Positions 9,526 through 18,849 of a DNA stretch of 41,360 nucleotides are shown here, piece after piece. Within the stretch, counting starts at the first letter, position 1; each line of letters opens with the position of its first letter. The stretch is from positions 124,001-165,360 of the forward strand of contig JBMORE010000054.1 of assembly GCA_049322255.1 (NCBI GenBank), given 5' to 3'. The stretch is from Myxococcota bacterium (GTDB taxonomy: Bacteria > Myxococcota > Myxococcia > Myxococcales > Myxococcaceae). The notes below the pieces were generated by a model that saw only the letters and a program-made list of their open reading frames with translations, was not told the DNA's origin and did not search any database. Position numbers and translations under genes: made by a program.

Positions 9526-10502
9526 ATGAAGCGAAAACACACGGCTTGTGAAGTCAGTGTCGCGCCCAGATCGTTGGGCAGCCGCCAGTATTGACCAGTC
9601 TTCGCGAGAACGACGAGCTCCCACTCCCCGATGGGGATGGCATCGAGCGTTGTTGCCTGTCGCCCTCGCCCGGGCTTGTTGGAAATCGCCTGCGCCACCG
9701 GCACCACCACTGTTTGCAGCCGGTCGGCCACTATCTCGGCGTCGAGCTCGAAACCCAGGTTGGAGAGGAACGGACCGGGGTTGAAAACCATCGGCAGAAT
9801 GACGGTGGAATCTTCGGGCACGGTCTGACCCGGGCGTGGCAAAAACCGCAGGAACACCCGCGGGTAGAGATCGAGCAGTCCGTCTCCGTCGGCGTCATCG
9901 GGCGCTCCGTCTTGATCATCGTCAGCGAGGCTCACCCGAAAACCCAGCCGCGCCGGGTCGAGCACGCCCACGTCGTCGCTCACCATCGTCAGCACGATGG
10001 GCGCCAGCGGGCGATCGGGAAGCTCCACTGTTTCGCCCTTCTCTCCCTCCAGGCGGAAAGCGGGAGGCTCGTGCGCCAAAGTTTCGCCGATGCGTAAATC
10101 GAGCTGCCGGTGCTCCCCGGGCTGAAGGTTCACCTCCACCCCCACCCCCAGCCGATCTCCCGCCCCTGGCTGCGCCAACACGTCGACATTCACACGGAAA
10201 TTGCGATCGACATCGAGGAACGGCCACACCCGGTAGGGGTTGGGGGCGATCGAGCCGAACAAATAGCGGGTATCACCCCTCGCCAATCGTAGGTCGGAGA
10301 CCGCGGTGAGGGCGCGCGGCTCGACTGCCTCGGCGGGCAGGCCTCTCCCGTGTGGATAGAGAAAGACGTACGCGTCACCGCGGCTTCCTTCGGAGACGAT
10401 GAGCTGCCCCTCGATGCGCCCCGCCTTGGACAGCTCACCCGAGCCGGGCTCGAGACAGCCAACGGCCAGCAACACTCCGACTGCAATCGGCGCGCGCACC
10501 AA
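9507..10502 (-). CDS. Hypothetical lipoprotein with DxDxDG Ca-binding-like motifs
   Basis: Lipobox AVGC; DDDQDG and DADGDG motifs; TTG start uncertain. Confidence 0.7.
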   Translation of the reverse strand: MVRAPIAVGVLLAVGCLEPGSGELSKAGRIEGQLIVSEGSRGDAYVFLYPHGRGLPAEAVEPRALTAVSDLRLARGDTRYLFGSIAPNPYRVWPFLDVDRNFRVNVDVLAQPGAGDRLGVGVEVNLQPGEHRQLDLRIGETLAHEPPAFRLEGEKGETVELPDRPLAPIVLTMVSDDVGVLDPARLGFRVSLADDDQDGAPDDADGDGLLDLYPRVFLRFLPRPGQTVPEDSTVILPMVFNPGPFLSNLGFELDAEIVADRLQTVVVPVAQAISNKPGRGRQATTLDAIPIGEWELVVLAKTGQYWRLPNDLGATLTSQAVCFRFIHATAR

Positions 10503-10508
10503 GGCGGC

Positions 10509-10518
10509 ATCCTAGGAT
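10509..10518. promoter_or_regulatory. Palindromic ATCCTAGGAT, putative bidirectional -10 element
   Basis: Reads TAGGAT (TAnnnT) on both strands within a 27-bp gap between divergent genes. Confidence 0.35.
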
Positions 10519-10529
10519 ATTCAGCGTCC

Positions 10530-12113
10530 ATGCAAATGAAGGAACGGGTCGAAGAGCTGGCCAAGCTGCGGAGTAAGAAAGAAGAGATGGGCGGCGCCGA
10601 GCGGGTGGCTCGCCAGCGCTCACGGAACAAGCTCGATGCCCGCACTCGGGTGAAGCTCCTCTTCGACCCCGGCACTTTCGAGGAGCTCGGCGCCCTGGCG
10701 GCAAGCAACGGCAACCTCCCGGAGGAAGACGAGCCAGGCACTCCCTCCTCCGCCGATGCAGTCATCACCGGCATCGGCGAAGTGGAGGGCCGACCGGTAG
10801 CCGCAGCGATCTACGACTTCACCGTCTTCGGCGGCACCATCGGCGACATCGGCGAGCGAAAAGTCACCCGGCTGCGCGACCTTGCGCTCAAAAATCGCAT
10901 CCCCTTGGTATGGCTGGTGGATTCGGCGGGCGCACGGCTCGATGCGTCGGCGAACATCGACCCGCGGCGCCTCGCCGGCTTTGCCGACACCGGTCACCTC
11001 TTTCGCGAGCAAGTGGTCTTGAGCGGCGTGGTGCCGCAGGTGGCGGCGATGCTCGGCCCCGGCGCAGCGGGCACCGCCTACATTCCCGGCCTGGCCGACT
11101 TCGTGCCGATGGTCAAGGGCACGAGCTCCATCGCCATCGGCGGCCCCTACCTCGTCGAGTCCACCGTGGGAGAGAAAGTCACCGAGGAGGAGCTGGGCGG
11201 CTCGAAGGTTCACAACGAGCTGTCGGGGGTCGCCGACGCTGAATACCCTGACGACGCCGCCTGCATTTCCGCGGTGCGCGAGTATCTTTCCTTCTTCCCC
11301 TCTCATTGCGAAGCCAAGCCGCCGCGCCGGCCAACCAAAGACCCCTTCGATCGCCGTGACGAGGAGCTGCTTCAAGTCGTGCCCGAGAGCCCGCGCCAAG
11401 CCTTCGACATGCACAAGGTCATTCACTCGTTGGTGGACGACCGGAAGTTCTTCCCCATCAAACCGAAGTGGGCCAAGAACCTCATCACGGGGCTGGCACG
11501 CATCGACGGCTTCCCCATTGGCATCGTCGCCAACAACTCCATGTTCTACGGCGGCGTCTTGGACGTGAACACCTCGGACAAAGCGGCACGTTTCATCAAC
11601 CTGTGCGACGCCTTCAACATCCCCCTCCTCTTCCTGCAAGACGTGCCCGGCTTCATGGTGGGCACCAAGGTCGAGCAACAAGGAATCATCCGTCACGGGG
11701 CGAAGATGCTCTACGCCGTCTCCAGCGCCACCGTTCCCAAGTTCACCGTGGTGGTGCGCAAGGGCTACGGCGCCGGTTACTACGTGATGAATGGGCGCGC
11801 CTTCGAACCCGACCTTCTGGTCGCCTGGCCTGGTGCCGAGATTGGCATCATGGGGCCCGAGGGCATGGTGGCCATCGCCGCGCGCAAGCAGCTCCAGGGC
11901 GCGGAAAGCCCCGAAGCGGCCAAGGCGATGAAGGAAGAGCTCGCCGCCAACCTCCGCCAGCACATCTCCATCTACCGAACGGCGGCGATGGCGCTGGTCG
12001 ACGACGTGATTGACCCGCGGGACACCCGTCGCACCCTGGCCCGGGCGCTGCGGCGCACTGAGAACAAGAAGGTGGATCGGCCCTACCGCAAGCGGGAAAT
12101 CTCCCCTGTCTAG
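10530..12113 (+). CDS. Acyl-CoA carboxylase carboxyltransferase (beta) subunit
   Basis: YDFTVFGGT, DSAGAR, EELGG, FLQDVPGFMVG, GIIRHGAK, RKGYGAG, VDDVIDPRDTR. Confidence 0.95.
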   Translation: MQMKERVEELAKLRSKKEEMGGAERVARQRSRNKLDARTRVKLLFDPGTFEELGALAASNGNLPEEDEPGTPSSADAVITGIGEVEGRPVAAAIYDFTVFGGTIGDIGERKVTRLRDLALKNRIPLVWLVDSAGARLDASANIDPRRLAGFADTGHLFREQVVLSGVVPQVAAMLGPGAAGTAYIPGLADFVPMVKGTSSIAIGGPYLVESTVGEKVTEEELGGSKVHNELSGVADAEYPDDAACISAVREYLSFFPSHCEAKPPRRPTKDPFDRRDEELLQVVPESPRQAFDMHKVIHSLVDDRKFFPIKPKWAKNLITGLARIDGFPIGIVANNSMFYGGVLDVNTSDKAARFINLCDAFNIPLLFLQDVPGFMVGTKVEQQGIIRHGAKMLYAVSSATVPKFTVVVRKGYGAGYYVMNGRAFEPDLLVAWPGAEIGIMGPEGMVAIAARKQLQGAESPEAAKAMKEELAANLRQHISIYRTAAMALVDDVIDPRDTRRTLARALRRTENKKVDRPYRKREISPV

Positions 12114-12122
12114 CGCCGCCCG

Positions 12123-12659
12123 ATGATCTACGAGGAGCTCGAGCGGTCCAACCAGCGCGTGCTTTTTCGTACCCACGCCAAGGCGCGGCGCGGTCGCGGC
12201 GTGCTCTTCGCCACGGCTCCGTGGGTCGTCTATCTCCTCCTGGTGGCGGTGCTCTTCGTCCTCGCCGCGCAGGACCTCTCGCTCTGGGAGCGCGCCAAGC
12301 AACTGATGCGCATCGGAGCCGCCACCGCTGCGGGCCTGGCGGCGATCTGCTTCATTCTCGGGCGCCGAATTCGCGATGTCGTCGATGCCGATCAGCAGAG
12401 GCTTCGCCTCGAGCACACTCCGGCATTGGGCGCAACGCGCGAGCTCGAGCTGCGCTACGCCGAGCTGTCGGCGTTCGCCATCGAGCCGTCTCTACGTTCG
12501 CTGGGTGCCGACATTCTCTTTGTTGCCGTGCACAAGGACGGCCGCCACCTCCCCATCGCCGAGGGAGAACCTCACACCGCCCAGGTGCGCGAGCTGGCGC
12601 GGGACATTTCGACGTTGGCGAAGCTGCCGCTCGAATCTGCCAAGCTATCTACTGCTTAA
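12123..12659 (+). CDS. Hypothetical membrane protein (2 TM plus soluble domain)
   Basis: Two hydrophobic segments; 9 bp after the carboxylase stop. Confidence 0.7.
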   Translation: MIYEELERSNQRVLFRTHAKARRGRGVLFATAPWVVYLLLVAVLFVLAAQDLSLWERAKQLMRIGAATAAGLAAICFILGRRIRDVVDADQQRLRLEHTPALGATRELELRYAELSAFAIEPSLRSLGADILFVAVHKDGRHLPIAEGEPHTAQVRELARDISTLAKLPLESAKLSTA

Positions 12660-12663
12660 AGGT

Positions 12664-13314
12664 CTATTGGGCCGTCGTCGCCTTCTCGAGCGAAGTAAGT
12701 GCCCACTTCGCCAGCTCCCCCTCGCGACCACTGGCGAGCCGCGGGTTGGCGGCATTGCCGACGTCGAGGTCCTTCTGCGTCAGCGTTCCGCCTTTTCCAC
12801 TGCCCAAGCTGCCGACGAAGCGGTTTTGTGCTGCCGAGAACACCGAGAGACGGAAGGTTCCACGTCCACCCTTGGTGGCTGCGGTGGCGCTGATCGCCCC
12901 CACCACCGCGAACGCAACGCTCTGCTGCGCACACACGTCGCGAGCCCACTGTTCGAGCGCCGGCCCTTCCTCGGGCACCGGAGCAGCTCCCGCCGCGGGT
13001 GTCGCCGCGCGGGCCACCTGCCAACCTTTCTGCTCCAGCTCGCGGGCGATGCGCTCCTGCACCCACCGGCCCTGCACCACGCTCGCGGGCGTGTAGTAGC
13101 TCTCGTCGATGATCAGCGCGGCGGTGCGCGGCACCGATGGCGGAGGAGTAGGCGCGGGCGGCGCTTCAGCCTGCACCAACGGCGGCTGGGCGAAGTCGGG
13201 CTGCGACCACTTCTCGCCCTCCGTCGGCGGAGGAGGATGTGTCGATGTCGTTGCACACGCCGCGCTCAAAAGCGCCACCGCCCACAACCACCCGCTTCTT
13301 CGATGCTCGAACAT
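12664..13314 (-). CDS. Hypothetical lipoprotein, last gene of the lysine operon strand
   Basis: GGAGG upstream of ATG 13314; lipobox SAAC; Pro-rich linker then alpha/beta domain. Confidence 0.7.
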   Translation of the reverse strand: MFEHRRSGWLWAVALLSAACATTSTHPPPPTEGEKWSQPDFAQPPLVQAEAPPAPTPPPSVPRTAALIIDESYYTPASVVQGRWVQERIARELEQKGWQVARAATPAAGAAPVPEEGPALEQWARDVCAQQSVAFAVVGAISATAATKGGRGTFRLSVFSAAQNRFVGSLGSGKGGTLTQKDLDVGNAANPRLASGREGELAKWALTSLEKATTAQ

Positions 13315-13334
13315 CCCTTCCTCCGTGGTTTTTT

Positions 13335-14174
13335 TCAGCTCATGGACAGCCGCAAAAGCTCTTTCGCTTCCTGGGGGGTTGCCAGGCGCCGGCCTTTGGC
13401 CTTCGCGCGCTCGGCCGCCTCGGCGACCAGCTCGAAATTCCCCTTCGCCAAGACGCCTTTGGAAACGTAGATGTTGTCCTCCAGCCCCACCCGCGCGTTG
13501 CCTCCGCGCTCGGCGACGTGTTCCACGAAAGGCAGCTGGTGACGCCCCATCGCGGCGCACGTCCAGGTCGAGCCCTCGGGGAGATACCCAATCATGAAGT
13601 CGAGCGCCCGAACATCGGCGGAGAGCCCTCCGGGCACCCCGAGCACGAAATCGAAATGCGCCGGGAGCTGAATGAGGCCTTCCCTCGCCAGGTAGCGGGC
13701 TTCGTCGATCATTCCCACGTCGAAGCATTCGATCTCGGGCTTGATGCCCAGCGCCGCGATGCGCTTGGCGATGTCTCGCACCAGCGAGCGGGGATTCCAG
13801 AAAACGTCCTCCCCGAAGTTGACGGTGCCGGTGGTGAGAGTCGCCATGTCCGGCCGGTCGGAGCCGGTGAGGGTCAAAGGGCCACAGCGCTCGTCGACGC
13901 TCATTCCCACCGCACCGCCGGTGGAGGTCTGAATGAGAATGTCGCACTTCTTCCGAATGGCACGAATCGCCGCGCGAAAGAGCTCGGCGTTCTGTGAGGG
14001 AGTACCGTCGGGGTTGCGCACATGAATGTGCACCATCGCCGCACCCGCCTCGCGGCATTTGGCGGCATCCTCGGCGATCTCCTCGGCGGTGATTGGCAGG
14101 TAGGGGGTTTGTTCGCGGGTCGTTTCGGCACCGACCATCGCGGCGGTGATGACCATGGGGGAATTCGCTGTCAT
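13335..14174 (-). CDS. kce: 3-keto-5-aminohexanoate cleavage enzyme (BKACE family)
   Basis: VITAAMVGAE, PYLPITAEEIA, HIH Zn motif, STGG, RVGLEDN; context with kal/kamDE/kdd. Confidence 0.92.
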   Translation of the reverse strand: MTANSPMVITAAMVGAETTREQTPYLPITAEEIAEDAAKCREAGAAMVHIHVRNPDGTPSQNAELFRAAIRAIRKKCDILIQTSTGGAVGMSVDERCGPLTLTGSDRPDMATLTTGTVNFGEDVFWNPRSLVRDIAKRIAALGIKPEIECFDVGMIDEARYLAREGLIQLPAHFDFVLGVPGGLSADVRALDFMIGYLPEGSTWTCAAMGRHQLPFVEHVAERGGNARVGLEDNIYVSKGVLAKGNFELVAEAAERAKAKGRRLATPQEAKELLRLSMS

Positions 14175-14180
14175 TGGCGG

Positions 14181-14215
14181 CCCCTCACCCCAACCCTCTC
14201 CCAGAGGGAGAGGGG
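14181..14215. repeat. REP-like palindromic repeat, copy 2 (overlaps kal 3' end)
   Basis: CCCCTCACCCCAACCCTCTCCCAGAGGGAGAGGGG; hairpin CCCTCTCCC-AGA-GGGAGAGGG. Confidence 0.75.
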
Positions 14216-14595
14216 CCACGGCGTTGTTTTTCTTTGGGTACCACGCAGGTCCCCGACGCCCGGCAGACCACCACCGGCGGCTCCAGCACTTCGGCGGCCG
14301 AATCGCTCACCTCGGGCGCGGCACGAATCACCTTGCGGGCCTCGAACTTCATCTTGCGGCTGGTGTTGCCGACCTGGACGATTTCGCCTTCCGCTTCGAC
14401 GTAGTCGCCGGCGTGCACCGGAGCCAAAAACTCCACCGCGTCATAGGCGCGAAACAACCCCTCGTCTCCGTCGTGACGAATGAGCAGCTCGGTGGCGACA
14501 TCTCCGAAGAGCGCCAGAATGCGCGCACCGTCGACGAGGTTACCGCCGTAGTGCGCATCGTGCGTGCCCATGCGCAGCCGCAACATGACTTTCAC
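14185..14595 (-). CDS. kal: 3-aminobutyryl-CoA ammonia-lyase (hotdog fold)
   Basis: [42 protein letters not shown] overlap with kamE. Confidence 0.92.
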   Translation of the reverse strand: MKVMLRLRMGTHDAHYGGNLVDGARILALFGDVATELLIRHDGDEGLFRAYDAVEFLAPVHAGDYVEAEGEIVQVGNTSRKMKFEARKVIRAAPEVSDSAAEVLEPPVVVCRASGTCVVPKEKQRRGPSPSGRGLG

Positions 14596-15371
14596 CGGGG
14601 CTCTCCTTCGTAGTGCTGTCCGGGGGCTTCGCGCCCCAACCGTCGCAACAGCGCGTGGACGATGTAGTTCGCCACATCGGAAGGTTTGGTGCCTGGACCA
14701 AAACCCGCGTCGAACCCCAGATCGAGGGCGAGCTTGTGGTCAACCCGCGGGCCCCCGAAGAGGAGCGTCATCTTCCCCTGCACCCCCGCCTTCTTCGCCG
14801 CTTCGATGAACTGGCGCGCGTTGTCCTTATGCACATCGCGCTGGGTGACGACCTGGCTCACCAAGATGGCGTCGGCGTTCTTCCCCTGTGCGCGACGAAT
14901 CAGCTCGTCGTTGGGCACCTGGCTCCCCAAGTTGTACGCCTCGAACCACGGGTAGCGCTCCAGCCCGTAGTCCCCCGCGAAACCCTTCATGTTCAAGATC
15001 GCGTCGATGCCCACCGTATGGGTGTCGGTGCCGGTACAGGCCCCCAGCACCACCACTCGCCGCCCGATGCGCTCTTCGATCAACTTGTTCAACTCGTCGA
15101 AGCCGAGCTTCTTCACCACCAGTTCAGGAGCCTCGATCTCCGCGTAGTCGATGCCTTCGGGAGTGCGCGCGTAGACGATGAAGAACGTGTAGTTGTCTGC
15201 GGCGGGCTCGGCGGCGGCGACTTTGACATCGACCAGGCCCAGCTTGCGCACGAAGGCCGCTGCCGCCTCTTTGGCCTTCTCGGAGAGAGGCACCGGGAAG
15301 GTGAACGAGAGCTGCACCACGCCGTCGTCGCGGCGATCTCCATAGGGACGAATGATCTGCTTCGTGCGCAT
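14592..15371 (-). CDS. kamE: Lysine 5,6-aminomutase beta subunit (B12-binding)
   Basis: [21 protein letters not shown] (DxHxxG), [10 protein letters not shown] (PLP lysine), GFDAGFGPG; start reassigned to ATG 15371. Confidence 0.93.
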   Translation of the reverse strand: MRTKQIIRPYGDRRDDGVVQLSFTFPVPLSEKAKEAAAAFVRKLGLVDVKVAAAEPAADNYTFFIVYARTPEGIDYAEIEAPELVVKKLGFDELNKLIEERIGRRVVVLGACTGTDTHTVGIDAILNMKGFAGDYGLERYPWFEAYNLGSQVPNDELIRRAQGKNADAILVSQVVTQRDVHKDNARQFIEAAKKAGVQGKMTLLFGGPRVDHKLALDLGFDAGFGPGTKPSDVANYIVHALLRRLGREAPGQHYEGEPR

Positions 15372-15805
15372 CACTTGTATTCGATCGACGCGACCACCTG
15401 CCCAGCCACACCCTGGTACTCGGCCTTCTTCTTCCCCACCGCGTGGAACTGCACCGACCAGGTGGTGACTCCGTTGCAGCCGACATACGTCCAGCTGATG
15501 AACTCCTTGCCGGCATCGTCCTGGGTCGTCTCTTCCTTCTTCCCGGCCGGTTGCTTCGCCAACGTCAGCTTGGTGAACTTGCCGCCCACGGCTTTGGTGA
15601 TCTTCTCCACGCACATCTTGGCGGTCATCTTCGATGCCGTCTGGCCAACGTCGAGGGTGAAGTAGGCCTCGCCCGAGGGAGCCACCCACTTGGCGCTGCC
15701 CTCCACCACGATGTGCTCCCAGCCCGGCGGAGGGGTGACCTTCAAGCTCTTCACCGAAACCGGTTCGCCGCTGGCGAGCAGCCACATCGCGATCCAGAGC
15801 GTCAT
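15371..15805 (-). CDS. Hypothetical exported protein between kamD and kamE
   Basis: 144 aa, hydrophobic N-terminus MTLWIAMWLLA, VTPPPGW, two Cys; TGATG overlaps at both ends. Confidence 0.75.
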   Translation of the reverse strand: MTLWIAMWLLASGEPVSVKSLKVTPPPGWEHIVVEGSAKWVAPSGEAYFTLDVGQTASKMTAKMCVEKITKAVGGKFTKLTLAKQPAGKKEETTQDDAGKEFISWTYVGCNGVTTWSVQFHAVGKKKAEYQGVAGQVVASIEYK

Positions 15806-17352
15806 CACGCCTCCAAAAGCTCGAGGAACGGGTTGAAGTAATCGGGGGCCTTCTCCAGCACCCCCTCGAGGCCCTTGCCGCCGGTCTCCGAGCGTTTGAC
15901 GTCGCCAAAGCGACCCTTGCCGATCGCCGCCACCATGCCTTCGCGATGGCACTCCTCGAGCAGCTCGAGCGCCTTGGAAAACACCTCGCGGGCACGGTGG
16001 GCGATCTTCCCGTCCTCCCGCACCGACAGCTCGCCATCGATTCCCCGCGCGGCGCGGTGAATGTAGTTGGCGGTCTTGAGCGCCACATAGCGGTCGGCCA
16101 GCAACGGGGTGTGCATCGCTTCGGTCATCATGCCCAAGAGCTGAATGCCCTGCCGCGTCCAGATCGCCACCAGGTCGGCCATGGTGTCGTAGGCGTGGGA
16201 GAAAAAGATGTCGGTCTCCTTGTGCTTCGTCGGCGGCATGTATTTGAGCGGTGCGTGCGGGAAGCAGCGACGAATGAGCATCGCCTGCGACAGCTCGAGC
16301 AGGAAGGTTTCGGGGCGCGCGGGGTCAATTTCGTACGAGTGCCCCAGCCCCAGCTGCCCATCTCGAAGTCCCGCGCGCTTGGCGAAGGACTCGTTGATGA
16401 ACTGGCTGGCGATCACCGTGTGCGCGGCGTCGTAGGCGTCGGCGGTGGTGATGTAGTTGTCTTCGCCGGTGTTGATGATGATTCCGGCCAGCGCGCAGAT
16501 GCGCCGCGAGAAATACTGGTCGATGAAGGTGCGCCGCATGTTGATGTCGCGGAAAAGAATTCCGTACATCGCGTCGTTGAGCAGCATGTCCAACCGCTCG
16601 TAGGCCGCGCAGAAGGCGATCTCCGCCATGCACAGGCCCGAGGAGTAATTGGTGAGCTGCACGTAGCGGCGAAGCTTCTTCGACTCCTCGTCGAGCGCCT
16701 CGCGCATGATGCGGAAGTTCTCCTGAGTGGCGTAGGTGCCGCCGTAACCCTCGGTGGTGGCTCCGTGGGGAACGTAGTCGAGCAGCGACTGCGCCGTGGA
16801 GCGAATGACCGCGATGACGTCCGCCCCCGCCTGCGCGGCTGCACGTGCCTGGTCGACATCGTCGTAGATGTTGCCGGTAGCGACGATGACGTACTTGTGC
16901 GGAGGCGCAGGCATGGACAGCTCGGCTTTGAGCGCGTCACGGTGGGCGATTCTTCGCCGGAGCTCCTCCACGGCCGCCTTCGCTTCGGCGCGCACCTCGT
17001 CGCGCAGCGCGGCTTCCTCGTCGGGGGGAAGCGGAGCGAGCTTTGCCGGCGCAGCTGCGGTCAACCGCTCCACCGCATCAAGGGGGCTTTTCGCTCCCAT
17101 GCGAAGCGCCCGTCCGTACCAATACGCCGCGCCCCGGCTCAAAAGGCCCGCCGCCTTCAGTCGGTCGACCATCAGGTTCGCCAGAGGAACACCGCCAGCC
17201 CCCGCGCCGGAGAGGCCGAAGAGCCGCAAGACGGTGCGCTCGATCGACACGGTAGTGTTTTTCTGAATGAGCTCGAAGATGGGCTCGGTGATGCCCCGCG
17301 CGAGCTGGCGCGCGTGCTCGATCTGCGAGTCGTCGACGAACTGGCCGGACAT
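15805..17352 (-). CDS. kamD: Lysine 5,6-aminomutase alpha subunit
   Basis: TTVSIERT, YVIVATGNIYDD, IRSTAQSLLDYVP, GGTYATQENF, NYSSGLCM, INTGEDNY, LKYMPPTK. Confidence 0.95.
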   Translation of the reverse strand: MSGQFVDDSQIEHARQLARGITEPIFELIQKNTTVSIERTVLRLFGLSGAGAGGVPLANLMVDRLKAAGLLSRGAAYWYGRALRMGAKSPLDAVERLTAAAPAKLAPLPPDEEAALRDEVRAEAKAAVEELRRRIAHRDALKAELSMPAPPHKYVIVATGNIYDDVDQARAAAQAGADVIAVIRSTAQSLLDYVPHGATTEGYGGTYATQENFRIMREALDEESKKLRRYVQLTNYSSGLCMAEIAFCAAYERLDMLLNDAMYGILFRDINMRRTFIDQYFSRRICALAGIIINTGEDNYITTADAYDAAHTVIASQFINESFAKRAGLRDGQLGLGHSYEIDPARPETFLLELSQAMLIRRCFPHAPLKYMPPTKHKETDIFFSHAYDTMADLVAIWTRQGIQLLGMMTEAMHTPLLADRYVALKTANYIHRAARGIDGELSVREDGKIAHRAREVFSKALELLEECHREGMVAAIGKGRFGDVKRSETGGKGLEGVLEKAPDYFNPFLELLEA

Positions 17353-17361
17353 ACACGCACC

Positions 17362-18399
17362 TTAGCGTTGAGCGTACCTGTCTTCGAAGAGGCGACGCAG
17401 TGCCGGTTCCGACCGAAGCAGCTCCAGGGTCAGCTCGGCGTGCCCGGGAACATAGCCGTTGCCAAGCAAGAGGGTGACATCTTTGCCTGCTCCCTCGGCC
17501 CCCAGCGCGGCGGCCGTGAAGCTGGTGGCCATGGAGAAGAAGATGACCATCCCCCCCTGGCGGGCAGAGAGAATGGCCGCCATCTCGGTGTTCGGCACCG
17601 AGGCGCAATTGACCACCAAGTCGGCCATCGCGCCGCCTGTCGCGCCGCTCACCCGCTCGAGTACTTCCACCGCGCGGGTGGCATCGACGGCAATGGCCTC
17701 GTCACACAGCCCGATGTCCTCGAGCGCGCCCAACGCCCTTTTCGACACATCGAGCGCGAGCAATTTCCCCTTCTCTCCCAGACTACGCCGAGCCTGAGCC
17801 AAGCAGAGGGCCCCACTCTTACCGGCGCCCAGAATGACCACCGTCATCCCCGGCTTGACGTGCCGCGCCACCAGTGCCGGTGCCCCACAGACATCCAGCG
17901 CCGCCAGCGCCAGGGTATCGGGCATATCTGCGGGCAGTCGCCCGTAAAGGCCGCTGGCGAAGAGAATCGCATGCCCGCGGACATCGACTCGATCGGCGTC
18001 GGCGTGGAGTTTTCGAACCTCGTCGATCGCCAGGGGAGTCAACGACAGGCTCACCAGCGTGGCGATGCGGTCTCCCACTTTCAGCTCGCCGCGTGAAGGG
18101 TGCTCCGGGCCAATCTCCCGCACCCGCCCGATCAGAATGCCTCCCGAACCGGTGACCGGGTTGTGCATCTTGCCCCGCTCGCGAACGATGTCGACGATCC
18201 GCGTGACGACCTTCGTGCCGTCGCCGTCCGCCTCTGATTCGAGCTGACGAAACGACGCCGCGTCGATGTTGAGACACTCCACGTCGATCAGCAGCTCGCT
18301 CGATCGAAGGGGCAGTGACGGGTCGAGTTTTTTGGCGCGCTGCGGCAGAACACCGACTTCGCCGACTACCCGCGATAGCCCAAAGGGGTCCTTCTGCAT
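17362..18399 (-). CDS. kdd: L-erythro-3,5-diaminohexanoate dehydrogenase
   Basis: LNIDAASF, GKMHNPVTGSGG, ATLVSLSLTPL, LDVCGAP, GAGKSG, FFSMATSF. Confidence 0.93.
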   Translation of the reverse strand: MQKDPFGLSRVVGEVGVLPQRAKKLDPSLPLRSSELLIDVECLNIDAASFRQLESEADGDGTKVVTRIVDIVRERGKMHNPVTGSGGILIGRVREIGPEHPSRGELKVGDRIATLVSLSLTPLAIDEVRKLHADADRVDVRGHAILFASGLYGRLPADMPDTLALAALDVCGAPALVARHVKPGMTVVILGAGKSGALCLAQARRSLGEKGKLLALDVSKRALGALEDIGLCDEAIAVDATRAVEVLERVSGATGGAMADLVVNCASVPNTEMAAILSARQGGMVIFFSMATSFTAAALGAEGAGKDVTLLLGNGYVPGHAELTLELLRSEPALRRLFEDRYAQR

Positions 18400-18685
18400 A
18401 GTCGACGCACCTTAGCGCGTGGGCACGCCGAATACTTTCTCCCCTTCATCTGCGCCAACATCCACTCCCCTGGATACCACCAACGGTGGGGAATCAGCCG
18501 CAGACAGATCTCTAACCATCGAAGACGTTCCCGGATGATTACCTTCCCACGAGACCATTCTCGTCTCTCTGCTCCCGGCCCCCTCTCACCCAGCTCTATG
18601 CCGCAGTGCGGCACCAAGACTCGTCCCCCATCGCTCGCCACTCCTCGAGAGGATTTCACTCTCCAGGCTCCACAAGCTCCAGGTC

Positions 18686-18722
18686 GTCCGCGCGATGGGA
18701 CGCCGGTCCGCGCTGTGGGACG
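18686..18722. repeat. 17-bp direct repeat pair (20-bp period) in divergent intergenic region
   Basis: GTCCGCGCGATGGGACG (18686-18702) and GTCCGCGCTGTGGGACG (18706-18722), 15/17 identical. Confidence 0.55.
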
Positions 18723-18849
18723 AGGGCATCACCCAACTCACTGAAATTTCGTCTTCAGAGCCTGGCATCCGCGCTGCTCTACCGCGCGCCAGGTACGGAT
18801 GGTCCGGACCTATTCAGTCAACCCTGCAGTCCTACGAAGGAGTAGTGCC

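Noticed and set aside
15946..18096. Long antisense ORFs (716 aa here; also 10620-12416, 27272-29479, 29514-31133, 30635-32254)
   Set aside because: They mirror well-supported genes on the opposite strand and contain no recognisable motifs.
18400..18849. Cobalamin or lysine riboswitch upstream of kdd
   Set aside because: Expected from the pathway, but I could not find B12-box or L-box consensus by eye; an Rfam scan would be decisive.
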